From Leidyana gryllorum EB-2025a (Eukaryota; Protista; Apicomplexa), in contig JBLWGC010000185.1 in assembly GCA_048772705.1 (NCBI GenBank), positions 62,001 to 126,000 of the forward strand: a DNA stretch of 64,000 nt. Reading direction: 5' to 3'. Position numbers and translations under genes: made by a program. This document shows, piece by piece, positions 11,441-23,128 of the stretch. The notes below the pieces were generated by a model. That model was given only the letters and a program-made list of their open reading frames with translations, was not told where the DNA came from and made no database searches. The stretch's first letter is position 1; every line of letters starts with the position of its first letter.

Positions 11441-14400
11441 TCATGGAGGAGCAGCGGTTTGAGCCTGAGCCTGAGCTGCTTGGCGTTGAGCCTTGAAGGC
11501 TAACAGATTGGCTTGTCGTCTAGCTCGTAATTTGACAGGATCGAGAATTGGGGCCGCAGACAACTTGGACGGATCTGGTGAAGGCTCTGGTGCTGGATGA
11601 ACGGCTGCTTCCTTTATAGTATTGGCATCGTTGGTCTCAGTCCCTCTGACGAAGACTAGTGCAGCATTGCTTGTGACAGGCATGGTGGCCTTTCGGACAC
11701 CAGTACGGTGTTTAGTCGCAAAACACGAGGTTTGAACGGGATCAGGTCTCTCACGCGGGAGCAGCGGTACTGATTCCAACAAAGATTTACGATACCCAGC
11801 TGCTCAGCACAATATGAGATCAGTAGTAGATCCAAAACCGCGAACTTACGATACTTGAATGCGAGATCATCCAGCGTCTTGGGGACAGCCCGCCGACCAA
11901 CAGCACGAGTGTATGCTTCGGCTATGTATGCTGCTACCTTCTCACTGTCATTATGCAACAAAGTGTAGATATGAGCCCGCTTGTTCTGCTCGTCTATTAC
12001 TGTAGAGGGCAGAGCTTCGGCAGAGGCAAAGGTTGATCGCCACACAAACTCGTACGCTGTCTTTGGCGGATCGTAGCTGATCACCGCCGCGAATTTTATG
12101 CGCCGCAGCATCTTGAGAGCCATAGCCGTTGTAGTGACCACCACATCTGACGACAGAGTTTCCGGTGTTGGCAAGCTGGCATCGGGGAGTAAATGGGTCG
12201 TTGAGGCACAGAACGGTAGTAGCAAGCCCACAATGTCACTGCACCGGGGATGCGATGCCCCAAAGATCAATATACGCCCGTACGGCTGGAACTTGGGGGC
12301 ATTCTGGCCTGCGCGAACGGAGACACACGATGTGACAAACACCACACATATTGATGCAGTACTTACTTAACCAAGCAAATTTCTTCTCCTCGCTCCCTTT
12401 CACGAGGAAGCGGTGCTCCGTGTTGTCTTCCACGCGGAAAGCGTCATGTGAATCAATTCGAACTGTTACGGGACGGTTGAAAGCCTCCCGCACGAACTGT
12501 TCAACCAGTGCATCTTGCGCGCTCGAGATCACCAGCAGTTGCTTGTCCTCTCGCGTTTGACTCAACACCACATGAGCAATGGACGCGTCGTATTCGAGTG
12601 TCCCGCCGATATCGGCGAATACCAGAAAGCTCACATCCTCCAGTGGCAATCTCTCTACAATGAGGAGTCAAGTCAAAGGTCATCGAGTAGGAGCAGTAGG
12701 ATGGCATCTTTCATGTGTCATCCCGCGGACGTCAATATCAAGTCGCGTTCAGCTTACCATTATCAATGGCCCAGAGCCCAAGCACTGCCTCGGCCGACCC
12801 CACCACCATCAGAGTCTCACCGGTGGTGAGATATTGGGACAGTGGGGTGTCTGTGGTCACACAGGCGATATCGATCCCATGAGACGGTCCATCACATATT
12901 GCATTCCATCGCTTCAAGGCGCTGCACAACTGTTCAGCGGCTTTGTCAGTCGAGCAAATGAAAAGAGAGATGGGCGATTTGACCCAGTGACATCCAGAAG
13001 TCGCAAGCTGAAGAGGGAATGGAGAGTGAGACACAATTGGCTCTTCGGCTGTCGGAAGCCAATGTGGAAGAGAGCCCCACCTGTTGAAGCAGATGATCGA
13101 TGGGAGCCAAAGCTCCCAGAAAGAGCGAGAAGGCATAGTCGTCCAGTTCCCAGTCCCCCAAACCGCCTCCCGAGAGAAGGCCAGAGTCGTCATAAGGGGG
13201 TGGGACCAGAACACTGCAATTGCGGCCGGAGGCCAGAAGGGGCAACAACTGGCACTCCAAAGGACTGGGGACCAACTTTTGGGCAGCACGTTGCTTTAAA
13301 AGCGTGCGTAATATAGAATTGGGACCCTAGCGCCTGGTAGGGACAGGAAGAATGTAGGCCACTCACCAGGGGAGCCAAGGTAGACTCCAAGTGACCATAA
13401 TCACTTATGAGTTTGGGGACATTGAGACCAGATGTCATTATGCGGAGGTCTCTACGGATACGAGCAATGCGCTCGAATGAGGTCGCAGTAAGGTCAGGCG
13501 ACTCCAGATACCAAGGCTTCAGAGAGGCATGAGAAAACAGAATACCATTATAGAAGACACCAGCAGACAAACACAACTAAGCTTCCATGGGTCGGTCGTC
13601 AAGTCTGCACCGGCCGAACAACTGATGCCCCCCAACGCCACCCGTAGAGTTCACACTCACCTTCTCAATTCGAGGCAGTCTAGACGGACGTTGACGCTCG
13701 CTGGTCATCTGCTCCCAGTCAAACGAAGAAGGTATTTTGGGGTAACGTGTGGAAGAAGGCGCTGGCAAGTGGCCATGAGTACTTTCGCGCTGCGGAAAAA
13801 GAAGGTGTGAGTGGCAGCGATTGATAGCACGATGCACATTAACGCCCGCACAGTAGTCTCAGACTCGATGCACAGCGCACGATCGTTCGTCGATCGATTA
13901 CTTGAGTGTGCATCATCATAGTGCACATGGTGAGTTGAGTACAGAGACGGGTGCAGCTGGCTGCCGCTATGGATTGCGGATTCGTGTGGCTCACCTTTCT
14001 TGGCGAGTCGTCTTCACTGCTTTCCACTTCTGGAACGAAAGGTTCTGAGGTGGGTTCGGCCGTACGTGCCATCTTGCTTCTTCGTCCCATTTGCATGAGT
14101 TTCCGGAGTTCTTCTGGGGTTATTTCTGCTTCCGCATCGCCTTCGCCGCCGCTGTCGCTAGAGTTGTCATCGGAGTGAGGTCTCTTCTTAGCGAGATGCT
14201 CATAGAGGTCGGCAACATCCCCTCTGCCTGCGTCTTCGATTTTATCCATGAGCTCTTCTTCATTAGGTCTGGATGCTCGTTTACTATCTCCAGCAGCTTG
14301 TTCGGCAGCAAGGTTCTTCATGAAAGCATCTAAGGGGTCTTCTTCAGCGTTATCATTTTGGTCATCAGTCTCATCATTGGTCGCTGGTTTGTTAGTCAAT

Positions 14401-14459
14401 TCTTCCTCTTCATTGAACCAAGCCTCTTCGTCTTCTTGCTCCCGCCCCCTGGCATCCAT
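11441..14459 (-). CDS. DDX42/Prp5-like DEAD-box protein with degenerate catalytic motifs (putative pseudo-helicase), multi-exon
   Basis: Acidic N-terminus with EEDPLDAFM. 'WYLESPDL...IRRDLRIMTSGLNVPKLISDYGHL' pre-Q region. Two RecA-like domains with recognisable spacing but no DEAD, SAT or HRIGR. Confidence 0.7.
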
Positions 14460-14480
14460 AGTGAGCAAAAATTGTGAGAA
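14460..14480. promoter_or_regulatory. Candidate bidirectional micro-promoter (21 bp) with CAAAAATT
   Basis: CAAAAATT at 14466-14473, between divergent ATGs 14459 and 14481. Confidence 0.5.
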
Positions 14481-17400
14481 ATGAACCTTCGGTCTGTAAT
14501 GGTATTTATCGCACCTTATTGGTTTGGCTTAGGATTGGTTTGCAAAGATGACATGTCAGAACTCTATGGCGGGGGCGGTATGGCACTGCCGGAGTTACAA
14601 TTAGACGGCAAGAGACGAGTCCTATCAGCACTCACACCGCCTCCTTCTGTCCACCAAAGCTTATCAACGGAATTGGATGTGTTGATTCCGGTGCTGCTCG
14701 ATGCGATTTCTCTGATTGATCAAATGGGCCTCCCCCCGTCAGAGGCGCTCCCACACTATTTGGATCCCGTATTGGCTGACAGTCTATTGACCATTCTGAA
14801 CCCGCTGAGCGAAGCTTTCTACCAAGCTGCTCTCCTGGAAACGCTGGATGCGCTCCCCGAGGGCTCTGCGAGAGCTGCCGAGCCTCCCGATATGCCCCGG
14901 AACGATTCCACTGTGCTTACTGACGGAGAGCGAGCCTTCGTTGAAGAGACTCTTCTACGCGCTCTGTACCAAGCTGTGTGGGACGACGGCATACAGCTGT
15001 TGCCGCGCTCCGTCTCCGATTGGGAACTCGCGCAGAAGGAGTACGAGTTGAATCATCTGAGACTCTTCGTTGACGCTGTTCATCGCGCAGTTCATCGTAT
15101 GAACAATACTTCCACCTCAGAGGCGACGACGCCGGCGGAGCGGCTCTCCGGGCTACGGTTGACCAAACGAGCTGTGGACAATCAGCAAGCGGCCGTCGAT
15201 AAAGTCGTCAGACGACTTCAGCAACAGCAGTCTGGCGGTCCTCTGGGGGCCATAATGGGTCGACTGGGAGGCGGCAATGGTGGTGGACTCTCAAATTTGG
15301 TCCAAAGCTTCGTGGTCAAAGAGCTCGACGGCACCGGTTCCAGAAGTAAAAGTGCTTTCCGAATGGATCCGAGGTGTGACGCGCACGAGAAGGGTACCTG
15401 CTGCTTCTTCGGAGACCTGTGTGATCCGATAGCTCAGTGCGTCGCAGAAACCAATCCCCAGTCATTGGGCGACTTGGCCAAGTTGGTACCACAGTGCATC
15501 TGCCCAGAAGGATTCAAAGGCGATGGACGCAAACGCGGAGACGGATGCGTCAACATTGATGAATGTAAAGAGGGACTCGCCTATTGTGACCAGAAATGCA
15601 TAGATATGGCTCCGGGATACCGCTGTGAGTGCCGTGACGGCTTCAGACTCCAGCCGGACGCCCGAACCTGTCGAGACATTGACGAATGCAAAGAAGGCTT
15701 GCACGATTGCGACGATGTATGTATCAATACCAAAGGAGGTTTTGAGTGTGGATGCTCATCTGGGTACAAACCCGACCCAGCGAACCCACACAAATGCAAT
15801 GATATAGATGAATGTCTTGAAGCCAGCATCAGTAATCGCGAACTGTGTCAGTTCATGGATATGTGTACCAATCTACCCGGGTCATATAGCTGCTGGTGCC
15901 CCCAGGGGACTATGCCGGACCCAGACAGTCCCGGTGCGTGCATTGATATTGATGAATGCACTGACTTGGATGAGGACCCCTGCCCCAATAGTCGTGGCGG
16001 CGGCGGCACATTTGATCCTGCCGCCCCGACACAATGGTGCGAGAATGTGTATGGTGGCTACAACTGTATGTGTCTCCCCGGTCTTAAGGAAGCCAAGACA
16101 ACAGCCCCTGATCCTTTGCGAGATCTGCGACCACGTGAAATTAGCGCTTACGACGGACGCGAAATTGATTTACGTCAACAACAGTCAGTAATTCGAGCTT
16201 CTGAGTTGTTGTGTGCTGATATCGACGAGTGCCGTGAGGATGCACACATGTGTCCAGGTGACGATGTACAATGTGTTAACGAATATCGATCTGCTTTTTG
16301 TCGATGTTTGGAGCCCGGAAAGCAGTGGAACGCTTCAACCAAACGTTGTTACAAAGACATCACGTGTCGTGCCGATACTTGTGGTACAGACCCTAATTCA
16401 ATGTGTGTCCAGTATGATGACGATTTTGAATGCACTTGCCGTGAAGGCTTCCAAGTTGGACGCCACACGGCTGAAAAGTCTGAGTTTAGCTGCGAAGATG
16501 TCAATGAATGTGCAGCTTCCAATGATATTTGTCCACCGAATTCTACCTGTCAAAACTTGATAGGCACTTACAAATGTGTTTGCGATCATGGATTTCTGCA
16601 AGCCGCTGACGGCACATGTCTGGATATCGATGAATGTGCAGCCGGAGCGTGTGCAGGCCCCTGTCTAAATTTGGACGGAGCTTTCACATGCGGTTGTCCA
16701 CACGGAACAATGGCGAAAGGACGTACAGATCCCACCCAAGTACGAATGTGGTCACTTCTGAACGACAAAATTAATTCGGCGCACTCTCAAGATACGCGAA
16801 TCGCTGCGTTCCATGTTGAGACTCGGGAATCTAAGTTGAGTTGTGAACGTTACGATGTGTGTACAGAATCTGAAGGATTGCTTTGCGGTGCGGGAGCTCA
16901 ATGTCGAGGTACTGAAGGCACCTTCAGCTGTGTCTGTCCCATCGGAACCGAGATGAGGGCCACAAAAGTCAAAGACTATCCGCTATTGGAAGATACACTC
17001 ACCCGTCAGATATCACTCCACATCCGCACTCTTCCATTTGATGCTGTATCCGATCTCGATCCACTGACCCTACTCACTGCCGTAGCCTCCTTAGAGCCTC
17101 CAGCCCCACTATGGAAGATCAACGCTATCCCTTGGCAAGCGTCTTCGCGCTTTCACATTCATCGAACTGAGAAGCAAACAACAGCCTTATTGGATCACCC
17201 TTCCCGTGAGACAATGTTGGCATTATTGCTCGAACTGATCTCCGAAGCTGAAGTGACCTCATGTGAGCCTCGCGACTTGCCCCGAAACAGTTTACCAACT
17301 CGTTTCGCCTTCCTTCTGAGTACTCCACCCCCTGCGCCACACAAGTCGCAATTCCCTCCTCGCACTGTGGCGCCTCCTCCTCCAGTCGCTGCAGCTGTGG

Positions 17401-19028
17401 ACTATGACGGCAACAAGAAGCGACGTCCCAATTCAGGAGGTTTAGTCGGAGGATTACTATCCCAACTCGGACGTTTCACGAAGCCTCAGTCTCCCGTGCG
17501 GCGGGCGAACACCCAACCCATTGTCAATACGGAAGGGTTTCCCTTGGAGGACGTCGACGAGATCGTGGACGAGTCGCTGGAAGCGGCTTTGTCTGATGGA
17601 GAGGTCACATTGGTCGCTGGGCCGGGACAGTTCGGACTGGACGGCCCCAATGGATTGCCACCCCGAACGCCTCGGTACCTCTACGACGACATTGGCGGAG
17701 CTGTGGCTTTGAATGTGTCTGAAGTGCGTTTGGCCGATCGCAAGCGGACTCGCAAACTCCGGGAGTTCTTGGAGACTCGATTAAAGCGCGCCGAGGGCTC
17801 ACTTAACGTTGTCGATGTACACCGTCGTCTCAACTATTTGTCATCGTCCACTACGCCCTCTGATGTCGGGAGCGACGAGATGAACGGCAACGATAGCCAA
17901 ACTGAGACGAGGAAGTCTGAGGGTTGGAACGCCTATTGGCTGTTGGAACGTGTGATAGGCCCAAATGCGACGGCCTCCGTGAAACCTTTAGTCTCAGACG
18001 TGATGGATTTGTGGAAGTCATCGGGAGACACAATGGCACTGATGCGCAAAGCGGCTCGGGTGGTGTCGGATATAACCAAAACGGACGAGGAGTGTGAGGG
18101 GGGCGAGAAGAAGTGTAGCGGGTGGTCGAACTTTTACGAAGAGGTCAAATCGTATGTCAAATCCTCAGAGTTTTACGCGGTGGAGGAGAAGACTGTGGAA
18201 TCTTTGACAGAATATCTGCAGCGAAGTGGATCTGTGGCCTCAAATGGCGGTGGTGATAATGATGACAGCCGCACCATCGAGGCGTTACTGCTGACGACAA
18301 TTCTGGAGCATTTGAGTCGGGCTGTGCCCGAACTCGGGTTGCTGACGCGTCCGCTGATGGAGCTTAGTCGACTGCAGCAGACAGAGTCGACGGCTTCGGG
18401 ATCTTCTGAGAGCCACGGTGTGTCTGAGGTGATGAGCGATCTTTTGCGGAATCAGACCATTGGACGCGAACTTCCGATACTGAGACTGGCCACAGCCGAC
18501 GAAAAGGGAGTGGAGCGGCTGCGTAGAGCGGTTCGCGCTTTGATGGAGAGTGGAGGTGGCGATCGGGCGGTACCACACACCGTACAGACGATATTGGAGA
18601 ATGGTCCAAATGGAACGGGCCCGTTGTTGAAAGAGGGAATGTTGAGAGCGGTTCATTCTGAAGGTATTGAGGATCTGATTGTGACAACGACAAAGATGTG
18701 GACGAGCGATGAAGTTATCAAATCTCTGGGTGGCGGTGGCGATAAGAACGGGACGGCGACGCGCGCTCTGTTTGGAAGAATGAACAATATCGCAGCTTTA
18801 ATCACTTTGGTTCCGAACCGAATGCTCCGACCATCGGGTCCTTTCCGAAACATTGTGAGCTCTCTTATGGGAGGCTTTGAATTACTGAATGGGAAGAATA
18901 ACAACAGTACACAAGACGGCGGTATGGTGAAGCAGTTGGTCCAATCGTTGGTTCCCGGGGGTGGCGGTGGGCGAATGATATCACCGAAACCCATTCGGAA
19001 GATTGGAGATGCGACTGCTGCTGATTGA
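14481..19028 (+). CDS. Large secreted protein with about 10 (mostly Ca-binding) EGF-like domains
   Basis: Hydrophobic N-terminus. Repeated D[IV][DN]EC..C..C.N..G.Y.C.C..G units at ~15400-16950, flanked by helical non-Cys regions. Intronless 1515-aa ORF. Confidence 0.85.
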   Translation: MNLRSVMVFIAPYWFGLGLVCKDDMSELYGGGGMALPELQLDGKRRVLSALTPPPSVHQSLSTELDVLIPVLLDAISLIDQMGLPPSEALPHYLDPVLADSLLTILNPLSEAFYQAALLETLDALPEGSARAAEPPDMPRNDSTVLTDGERAFVEETLLRALYQAVWDDGIQLLPRSVSDWELAQKEYELNHLRLFVDAVHRAVHRMNNTSTSEATTPAERLSGLRLTKRAVDNQQAAVDKVVRRLQQQQSGGPLGAIMGRLGGGNGGGLSNLVQSFVVKELDGTGSRSKSAFRMDPRCDAHEKGTCCFFGDLCDPIAQCVAETNPQSLGDLAKLVPQCICPEGFKGDGRKRGDGCVNIDECKEGLAYCDQKCIDMAPGYRCECRDGFRLQPDARTCRDIDECKEGLHDCDDVCINTKGGFECGCSSGYKPDPANPHKCNDIDECLEASISNRELCQFMDMCTNLPGSYSCWCPQGTMPDPDSPGACIDIDECTDLDEDPCPNSRGGGGTFDPAAPTQWCENVYGGYNCMCLPGLKEAKTTAPDPLRDLRPREISAYDGREIDLRQQQSVIRASELLCADIDECREDAHMCPGDDVQCVNEYRSAFCRCLEPGKQWNASTKRCYKDITCRADTCGTDPNSMCVQYDDDFECTCREGFQVGRHTAEKSEFSCEDVNECAASNDICPPNSTCQNLIGTYKCVCDHGFLQAADGTCLDIDECAAGACAGPCLNLDGAFTCGCPHGTMAKGRTDPTQVRMWSLLNDKINSAHSQDTRIAAFHVETRESKLSCERYDVCTESEGLLCGAGAQCRGTEGTFSCVCPIGTEMRATKVKDYPLLEDTLTRQISLHIRTLPFDAVSDLDPLTLLTAVASLEPPAPLWKINAIPWQASSRFHIHRTEKQTTALLDHPSRETMLALLLELISEAEVTSCEPRDLPRNSLPTRFAFLLSTPPPAPHKSQFPPRTVAPPPPVAAAVDYDGNKKRRPNSGGLVGGLLSQLGRFTKPQSPVRRANTQPIVNTEGFPLEDVDEIVDESLEAALSDGEVTLVAGPGQFGLDGPNGLPPRTPRYLYDDIGGAVALNVSEVRLADRKRTRKLREFLETRLKRAEGSLNVVDVHRRLNYLSSSTTPSDVGSDEMNGNDSQTETRKSEGWNAYWLLERVIGPNATASVKPLVSDVMDLWKSSGDTMALMRKAARVVSDITKTDEECEGGEKKCSGWSNFYEEVKSYVKSSEFYAVEEKTVESLTEYLQRSGSVASNGGGDNDDSRTIEALLLTTILEHLSRAVPELGLLTRPLMELSRLQQTESTASGSSESHGVSEVMSDLLRNQTIGRELPILRLATADEKGVERLRRAVRALMESGGGDRAVPHTVQTILENGPNGTGPLLKEGMLRAVHSEGIEDLIVTTTKMWTSDEVIKSLGGGGDKNGTATRALFGRMNNIAALITLVPNRMLRPSGPFRNIVSSLMGGFELLNGKNNNSTQDGGMVKQLVQSLVPGGGGGRMISPKPIRKIGDATAAD

Positions 19029-19051
19029 GACGTCAGTCAGTCAGTCAGTCA

Positions 19052-19759
19052 TCACCTTTGGGGTCGTAGATGAGAGTGTGTGCTGCAACTAATGGCAGTG
19101 GGTACTCTGTGGTGGGTTTTGTGAGTTCGACCACAGTGTTGCCGATAGTGGTTGTGAGTGTATCTGGGGATGGACGAACCGCAATCCGATCGAATAACTG
19201 AGAGAGAAAGCGATATGACCTCTTCTTTGCTGATGTGTATGTGTCTCACCTGGTTGGGTCTTTCGCCTCGCATATACACCGAGGGTCGCATGTAGAGGTC
19301 CCGTCTCCGATAGACGCGTTCCATATCTGCAGCGTTTTGAGAGAGAGAGCCGAGTATCTCGACATCGCGAGTGGCTTCTGTGGTAATGGGGTCCGGGGGC
19401 ATGGGGCCCTGATCCGGGTAGAGGGCTCGAAGTCGAGGATTGTCATCCACTAGATTGAGTTCGCGGGCGTTGCTGAGTGTGGTGAGTTCTCTGAGCTCTC
19501 TGAGCATTGCACAGGAGCCATAGTACATATCGATCAGGAAGTGTTCGAAAGCCTCAACTCGGTCGGTCAAGTGTGAGACCAAACCCAACTCATTGTCATA
19601 CATTTGTATTTCACTCTTCATCCCGGCAACCATTGCATAGAGATCTTTGATATTCTCCTCTGTAACATTGAGACGTTGATGTTCTCTCAGGAGTTCGTGA
19701 GACACTCGGTCGAAAGGCAGCGATAACAGCTGAGCCTTGTGAGTCTTGCGAGGAGTCAT
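19052..19759 (-). CDS. Hypothetical protein with coiled-coil-like N-terminus; 3' end probably spliced
   Basis: 235-aa ORF, ATG 19759. Confidence 0.5.
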   Translation of the reverse strand: MTPRKTHKAQLLSLPFDRVSHELLREHQRLNVTEENIKDLYAMVAGMKSEIQMYDNELGLVSHLTDRVEAFEHFLIDMYYGSCAMLRELRELTTLSNARELNLVDDNPRLRALYPDQGPMPPDPITTEATRDVEILGSLSQNAADMERVYRRRDLYMRPSVYMRGERPNQVRHIHISKEEVISLSLSVIRSDCGSSIPRYTHNHYRQHCGRTHKTHHRVPTAISCSTHSHLRPQR

Positions 19760-19846
19760 GATTTCCTTCAGATATGTGGACGCCGGTTCTATGACGGGTT
19801 TGATGGCTGTGAGAGGCTGTGAAACACAGTGCGACGGTGGTGGGAC

Positions 19847-20518
19847 TCACTCTTCCCCGTTGTATTCACATTTTGTTGCAGCCGTCGTCTGTTGGCCATC
19901 TGACGGCTCAGCGGGAGACAGCCGACAAAGTTTTGCTGACGAAGGATTGGGGTACACAACTTGAACTCTTTCTGAGAAACGAACGCGATTGGATATCACA
20001 TCCGGACGCACGACAGACATTACCGAGAGCATTCCCAGAGTGTCTTCGACCACACCGATACAACTTGTCGAGGCCAACTTGAGGTGCCACCGATCTACGG
20101 CCTCCACACACCGGTCGTCAGCGGGACTTGTCCGACTCGGATCGCGTCGAATGCTCCGAAGCAGACTGCCTAAGACTTGAACATTACTGTTCTTCGAATA
20201 GCCGAGTGGAAAGTCAAAACAGTTCACATCGTCCACCGCCATTGTCACCGATCCTCGCCCGTCCCGCTCAAATTGCTCCAGAGTGTACCCCGGCGGAACC
20301 ATTATTGCTGCCATTATAGCTGCCACGGGCGGAGACGACCGAAACGTCATCCCAACCAGTTCGAGACTTATTATACGAACCTTCTCATTCGTCATATAGT
20401 TGTCGTCCGATGATATCGTAACCTTCCCGTGCTTCAAATCCTCCTCTGTCGTCAGATACGATATCAACTGACCGTCCGCCGCATAGAATCCAACCAGTAT
20501 TTCTGCATCACAAAAAGT
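19847..20518 (-). CDS. Hypothetical protein (internal exon; first exon not resolved)
   Basis: ORF 19847..20467 is open upstream to a TAG acceptor at ~20519. Confidence 0.45.
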   Translation of the reverse strand, partial: TFCDAEILVGFYAADGQLISYLTTEEDLKHGKVTISSDDNYMTNEKVRIISLELVGMTFRSSPPVAAIMAAIMVPPGYTLEQFERDGRGSVTMAVDDVNCFDFPLGYSKNSNVQVLGSLLRSIRRDPSRTSPADDRCVEAVDRWHLKLASTSCIGVVEDTLGMLSVMSVVRPDVISNRVRFSERVQVVYPNPSSAKLCRLSPAEPSDGQQTTAATKCEYNGEE

Positions 20519-20740
20519 CTACAACGCTCAACACCCATTACGACCCACCAAAGTCGGTGTCCCAAAGATTCAACGGCACACCCGCGCGCAATGTGAGCCA
20601 CACGGCCTCACTACTGGCCCCTGATTTCTGCTGCATGTGATCCACATTAACACGGTGCACCTCCCCATTGGGGGCAGTCGCGGGAAAGATGTGTGGCGTT
20701 CGGCAGAGCGGAAAAGTAACAACATCAGGGAGATAAGAAT

Positions 20741-22956
20741 ATGCGTAGTCACATCTTGCCCTTTGTGTTGCCGCTCGTCCTGGGCGCCGTGTGGGAGGTC
20801 AAGGATCTTCTACCCGTCTTGTCCGCCACTGTGGAAGCGCAAATCGGTGAACGTAAGATCAACACGCCAACCACCACCTTCACTCACCCACTCCAGTCGC
20901 CAAACACCTCCAGGCGGAACCGCATTCCGCACCGCCACGCTTCCAGCAAGAACATCGCAGCCGACTTCGTCAAGAACTCAATGAACTAGTCCGGGAGGTA
21001 TGGCACGCTGAGAATGAATACTCCAGACGAACCACCGGACTGGCCTTGGTTCCTGATGAACTGGTCGCCCAGTCTCCAGTGAAGTTGCGCGATCAAGCAG
21101 GATTTCGGCAACTTCAGGAGGACGATGATGCTTTGCCAGACGACAGCATGCTCCTTTTTGAGCTCGATGCCGAGGGCATATCTAAGATCTTCAACGAGAG
21201 CTTAGCCGCTGCTACCGCTCCCTGTAAGCTCACACAATTGCGCTCACCCAAACTTATCGCCTTTGATAGTGAAATCGCTATACAAGCTCACCAAAGCGCA
21301 AGACGGAGGTGCCGTTAGCGCTTTAGCGTTGAAAGAGTAAGTTGGGTCCACATGAACCACCCTTCCTACGCCTGCCCGAGTCACCTGTCCGATCGTTCTC
21401 ATCTCACACACACGTGTGTGCTCCATGCGTTCCCGGAGACATGATATCGCAGAGATCTGTATCCTCGACCCAAGAAGCTTCTGGAAGGCAGAAGACAACA
21501 GCGGAATGATAGCGGGTTCCCCCTCAAGTTTCAGCTCGGTGACTTCGTGATCATGACATCTGTTGAAAAGGTCATCGCCAATCGACATGCCATGGGCGAA
21601 ATGGCTAGCGCAACCACTGATCATTTCAAGAAGGTGGCTTTCGTGTGGCCTTTCGCCAACCGGTTCGCCGGATTACAGCGGGATGTGCTGCCCATCTATA
21701 ATGACCTTTTGCCGGTCTTACAGGGCACTACTTATAGAGCCCTTTCCGCTTTGATGGAGATGAGCCCGAGACGTATCAATGGTATGACCTTTGTATCAGC
21801 GGCCATGGAGTTGGTAACCTTGCTGACACGGATGCAAAGCATGGGCGATGTGCTGCTTCCGTTGACAGGGGTTTTGCTCACTGAGCTGGAGGAAGGTGCG
21901 TCTGTGATGGAGTCGTACCTTCCATTGCTGGAAGAGTATATTCCTCAAGTACGGCGCTTCCTCCCGACAGTGAAAGAGTTAGATCCTTACTACGGCAAGA
22001 TGGCAGAGGGGATTGATCGTACCCTTGTTGCTGCCCAGCCGGTCTTGCAAGATTTCAAAAAGATGATTGGACCCTACTCCAAGGCATCTCCGAGGATCCG
22101 CAAGCTGATGGAAATTGTCGCTGGTCTCAGCATGGACTTCTCAGACACGATGGAAGAGTATTTGGAGCGTCTGACTCGTGAGGCACCAGCGATATTGGAG
22201 TTTTATGACGACCCTGATGGGTTTGTACCTGTCTTGGCGACGAATCTAATCTCTGTGATTAGACGCAGTGGTCTGCCAGCAAGATTCCCGTCCTTGAGAA
22301 GTTTCATGCCTGAGATCAATGAGATGCGTCCAGCAATGCGTGAATTCTTGACCGGATTACAAGCTCATCTGCCAAAATTGGTGGAAGAGATGATACCTTT
22401 AGCGGCCAGTATGCCTCGTCACGATGGGGCGTTTGAACATCTGAGCGACTTTTTGGTACACGCGAGTATTGCAGGCAGTGCTTTCAACTCGACACTGCTC
22501 CCGTCTTTGACGTCCCTCATGGAAGTTGTCGATCCGTTCATGGACTCGCTCAATGCCCCAGTGATCAATCTGGTGGTGGTTTTGCCGTTGCTCGCAACGA
22601 CTGTGAGCTCTTTGTTATCGACTCTGCCGCGCACGGCTGCGTTATTGCCTGCGGTGTCGCCGCTTATGGCATCACTGCACAACTTGACGGGCCATATCGC
22701 CCCGGTCTTGCCCAGCGTTACGGGGCTGCTGGACGCTGCTGGAGATTGGGAGGATTCTCATTTGAACCGCATGAGGGGTCATCTAGTCGCTGTTTTGAGT
22801 GAGGCACCCCGATTGTTCGGGAAGGAGACAATTGCAATCGTGCCTTTGCCGACGGAATCGACGATTTACGCGAACGTCTCTGGGAAAGCAACGAGTGCGA
22901 CTCGGACGCCAACGACTACATCGACGACGGCGACAAAGGGAGGCGAGAAGAGGTAA
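20741..22956 (+). CDS. Secreted alpha-helical protein with Pro-punctuated amphipathic helices, 4 exons
   Basis: Signal peptide MRSHILPFVLPLVLGA. Introns starting ~20848, 21224-21269 and 21337-21452 join ORFs 20741, 21046 and 21547 in frame. Confidence 0.7.
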
Positions 22957-23128
22957 TTACGTATGAAGTGATCGCTTTTTTCTGTACAGGATGGTTGTGA
23001 AACTGATGCCCCTGGATGAGGAGAGGGTGGCTGAACTGATAGGGGAAGAAGAAGAAGAGGATGAATTGCCTGAGGAGGCGAGACAGATGATGATGAGTGC
23101 TCAGATAAGTACTTAGATAGTTAGATGT

